IMG/VR virus record: IMGVR_UViG_3300033998_000455
Length of the DNA stretch: 20,000 nucleotides
Strand: one strand, 5' to 3'
Source of the DNA: an uncultured virus (IMG/VR IMGVR_UViG_3300033998_000455)
Taxonomy: Duplodnaviria; Heunggongvirae; Uroviricota; Caudoviricetes
Shown here one piece after another: positions 17,160 to 20,000 of the stretch. The notes under the pieces were generated by a model. The model had not been told where the DNA came from, searched no databases, and worked only from the letters and a program-made list of their open reading frames with translations. Position 1 is the first letter of the stretch. Each line of letters starts with the position of its first letter. Position numbers and translations under genes: made by a program.

Positions 17160-18050
17160 TCATTTGCGAAAATTATCCCAAATCTTGAGTTCTTCTGATG
17201 ACTTGAATTCTATCTTTTCTTCGTGCATATCCTTCAGTAACCTAGGCTTATTCATATTACCATCATCATCCAATGTTATAATTGGCCTGTCGGTCAACTT
17301 ATTATAAATATCGTTAGGATCATTTATTATAATTGAATATTGCTCACTGATTTCCTTAAATATTTGCTTTCCACTGTCGGTTGCAATCTGAATATTTGAT
17401 GGATCCTCAACAATTCTAATGAAAACATCATTTCCTCCGATATTTTTATATTCCTTTATCTCAGCGTCTAAAACTACATTGTGACCATAATCTGGATTAT
17501 TAAATATTCCCAAGTCTGCAAATCTATACATTAGCATCAATGGACTTTCATTAAACTTCTCATAGGTTATTCCTTTTGGGAGAACGAAAAAATCATATCT
17601 TGCACTTCGTTTTAAATTTGGAAGGTCTATATATTCGCACCTGTTGACGTCCTTCTCTGAAATGCCAATACCATCAGTTTTTAAATCGCAAGGTATGTAT
17701 AGGCTACACACTGGAAAAGCAAAAGGTTCAAAACTATTAATGCTACCTAAATGTCCGACTCTATCAATCTTAGTTCCATGACTCTTCACATGAACAACTG
17801 GTGAATATAATTGTTTACCATCAATAATTTTATAATAACCATGCCAACTGAGAGAGTTAATTTCTAGCTCGGGTAACTTGTAATGCCTGAAATAATTCCC
17901 TAAAACCACATGACTAAAGTACATCCCTTTTCCAGCATCGAGCATTATGTCAGAATCTCCAAGTCTGCTCTTTTTTGAGAGTTTGAAATTCATTTGAAAT
18001 ATTTTCTTTCCCTCTTTCAGTAATATAATTTTATTCTTCAAGCAAATCAC
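17160..18050 (-). CDS. Hypothetical protein (orphan, AT-rich)
   Basis: 296-aa open frame in AT-rich DNA; no motif recognised. Confidence 0.75.
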   Translation of the reverse strand: MICLKNKIILLKEGKKIFQMNFKLSKKSRLGDSDIMLDAGKGMYFSHVVLGNYFRHYKLPELEINSLSWHGYYKIIDGKQLYSPVVHVKSHGTKIDRVGHLGSINSFEPFAFPVCSLYIPCDLKTDGIGISEKDVNRCEYIDLPNLKRSARYDFFVLPKGITYEKFNESPLMLMYRFADLGIFNNPDYGHNVVLDAEIKEYKNIGGNDVFIRIVEDPSNIQIATDSGKQIFKEISEQYSIIINDPNDIYNKLTDRPIITLDDDGNMNKPRLLKDMHEEKIEFKSSEELKIWDNFRK

Positions 18051-18066
18051 CCACCTTCAACTCAAC

Positions 18067-18696
18067 CTACTCATCTTCTCCTCGATGCTCCACATTCATA
18101 GCATCAACCCAATCTTCCTCAACGTAGACCATCCCGTTCCGACCCTCTACCTTACGATTTGGACCAGCCTTATACATCTTACAATTAAGTGGACCATAAC
18201 AGAAAGTTTCAAATCTATATTTTCTCCGACCTCTCGGATTCCAGTTATCAATAATAATCTCAACAGGCATCCTGGCTCCCCACATACAGCTACTACAGAA
18301 AACCTCATATGTCCTGGCTGCCAGCCTGCGGTGTCCTCTTTCTCTGTAAACTTCCAGCTCCGGCGGCACAAGTTCCCAGGGAGATGATGTGTTCGAGATG
18401 GTAGTGCTTTGGGTGATAAGTTTGAGTTTTGAGACTTTGTAATACTCAGTAGGCTCGGTGTCAGGATCCGGTACTGGAACGCATTCTCCGGAGATCACAT
18501 CGTTTACTTTGAATTGATGTTTGGCATGGGCTGCTTTGCCGATGCCGATAGAGAAAGTAGTGGTAGCGCTGTCCAGTTCTCCCTCCAAGGTAATGGCATA
18601 ACCGAGATATGTATGGGAGGCTTCATCGAAGGACCTCATGAGACGAATGCGAGGTTGAATTGATATGATTCTTCCGGTGAAGATATGTTTGTCCAT
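18067..18696 (-). CDS. Hypothetical protein, beta-rich N-terminus with Cys-rich C-terminus
   Basis: 209 aa, RBS AAGGAGG; CSSCMWG...FCYGPLNC could bind metal; visibly more GC-rich than its neighbours. Confidence 0.8.
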   Translation of the reverse strand: MDKHIFTGRIISIQPRIRLMRSFDEASHTYLGYAITLEGELDSATTTFSIGIGKAAHAKHQFKVNDVISGECVPVPDPDTEPTEYYKVSKLKLITQSTTISNTSSPWELVPPELEVYRERGHRRLAARTYEVFCSSCMWGARMPVEIIIDNWNPRGRRKYRFETFCYGPLNCKMYKAGPNRKVEGRNGMVYVEEDWVDAMNVEHRGEDE

Positions 18697-18713
18697 AACT
18701 AGAAGGCCTCCTT

Positions 18714-20000
18714 TTAATCAAATTTAAGTTCTATATATCTACCATCTTTGTGTAAATATTTCTTCATCGAACCTAACTGATATGTTGCATAACTGTTATC
18801 AAACAAAACTACATTTTTACCACTAAGTCCAATTTTGTTCATTCTAGTGCTTCGATATATAATTCCATCATATCCTTTTTCAATCAAATAATTACTAAAA
18901 AATCTAAAAGGAATGTACGCTTTCAATTCTGGATCTTCCATTTTATCTACAGGTTCAAAAATTGTTTTATCAATTATTGTTAAGAACAGCCTTCCTAACC
19001 TTTCATTAGCAACCTTAAATATTTGATCATTGATTCCTAGATTTCTAATGGCATAAAGAATTTCTTCTTTTGACTTGTCTTCAAAGTCACTTTTGTTCTT
19101 TGATTTTTTTATCATTTCATTCATTTTTAGAACGAATTTATCATCATTCAATAAAGAATTAATACCACTTTCTCTTATTTCTTTTGGCAGCTCATAAAAA
19201 TTTCTTGCGATCTCTGAGGGGTTTTCATCTTCATAGTACAAGTTAATTAACTTAGCATTTTTAATGATTGGTTTAAACTCACAAATTACAACTTCGCTGC
19301 CATTCTCGAGTCGAATCTCTTCAAAACAGGTCTTCTGAGGCAAATTTATTATCTCATCAAATTTATCTTCTCGTTCCCCACAAGCAAGATACATAAAAGC
19401 TACTCCATCCGGATTCCATCGATTTTCTTTTGCATATTCTGTCGGTGTTATCATAAGTTCATAATTCTCAGATAGGTCCCAACTTCTTGCTCTATACATG
19501 ATTCCAATATCTTTAAGACTTTTAACGAATTTATCTGGGTATTTTTCAATTACATTATCATGGAAGTCATTAAACAAATCTCTAAAGCCTTTTTCAGCCC
19601 CGATTACGGATTCTCCTTCAGGCATTGATTTCCACAAGTTTTTAACTAACATTTGTGTTCGTTTCCAATATAAATGATCGTACCAATCATAAAATGAATA
19701 TCCCATTTCAAATAATAATACAGCTAAATATTCTTGTATTTTAGGGACTATGATACTTTTCAATTGATCACTATACTCTTCAAACGCGGATATGTCTTTA
19801 AATATTTCTACAAGCAACTCATCAAAGAACTTTACAATATCATACATCTCTCCAAGCACTCTTGCAAAGAGTCTTCTTACTTCAGGATGTTGAAACGAAC
19901 TCATTATATCAATTACTATATCAAGAGAATTATCTTTAAAGCGATTTTTAATTTTATTGCTTTCAAAGATAAGATCAAAAGAGTAATACGTCTTGTCCAT
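18714..20000 (-). CDS. RES domain protein (5' end may extend beyond the window)
   Basis: MYRAR, ENRWNPDGVAFMYL, CFEEIR and GYDGIIYRS...NVVLF supply the conserved R, E and S residues. Confidence 0.85.
   Translation of the reverse strand: MDKTYYSFDLIFESNKIKNRFKDNSLDIVIDIMSSFQHPEVRRLFARVLGEMYDIVKFFDELLVEIFKDISAFEEYSDQLKSIIVPKIQEYLAVLLFEMGYSFYDWYDHLYWKRTQMLVKNLWKSMPEGESVIGAEKGFRDLFNDFHDNVIEKYPDKFVKSLKDIGIMYRARSWDLSENYELMITPTEYAKENRWNPDGVAFMYLACGEREDKFDEIINLPQKTCFEEIRLENGSEVVICEFKPIIKNAKLINLYYEDENPSEIARNFYELPKEIRESGINSLLNDDKFVLKMNEMIKKSKNKSDFEDKSKEEILYAIRNLGINDQIFKVANERLGRLFLTIIDKTIFEPVDKMEDPELKAYIPFRFFSNYLIEKGYDGIIYRSTRMNKIGLSGKNVVLFDNSYATYQLGSMKKYLHKDGRYIELKFD

Larger units (their letters stand above)
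1..20000 (-). mobile_element. Part of an integrated prophage or phage-like element (cargo, lysogeny/regulation and replication modules); ends lie outside the window
   Basis: Co-oriented DUF2800-DUF2815-PolA-VirE replication cluster, an XRE/ImmA pair and defence-like cargo. No integrase or structural genes are in view. Confidence 0.8.

Noticed and set aside
12235..18714. Integron-type cassette array
   Set aside because: No attC-like long hairpins recur between genes and no integron integrase is in the window.

Overview
All credible genes lie on the minus strand. The window looks like part of an integrated Firmicutes (probably Clostridia-like) prophage or phage-like element. Read in transcription order (right to left) it has three parts. 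(1) A cargo/defence region (~12.2-20 kb): a RES-domain protein, a Cys-rich hypothetical, an orphan ORF, gene remnants, a Zn-ribbon-AbiH protein, a DUF2188 protein, a membrane-anchored DEDDh exonuclease and two hypotheticals. (2) A regulatory module (~8.6-12.2 kb): an XRE repressor, an ImmA/IrrE metallopeptidase, a LexA-boxed ArpU/RinA-like regulator, an 11-bp phased repeat array, a tandem-terminator leader and a sigma-70 region-4 protein. (3) A replication module (1-8.5 kb): metK, DUF2800 nuclease, DUF2815 SSB, family A DNA polymerase, a small Zn-ribbon ORF, an HTH protein and a VirE-type primase-helicase that runs off the left edge and is missing from the ORF track. The most notable non-coding structures are a 29-bp duplicated gene 3' end bracketing the AbiH cassette, 15-bp inverted repeats enclosing the DUF2188 gene, shared operator boxes outlining a two-input induction cascade, and a degenerate AT-rich tandem array between the repressor and immA. 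Family assignments come from motif recognition by eye; no database searches were run.
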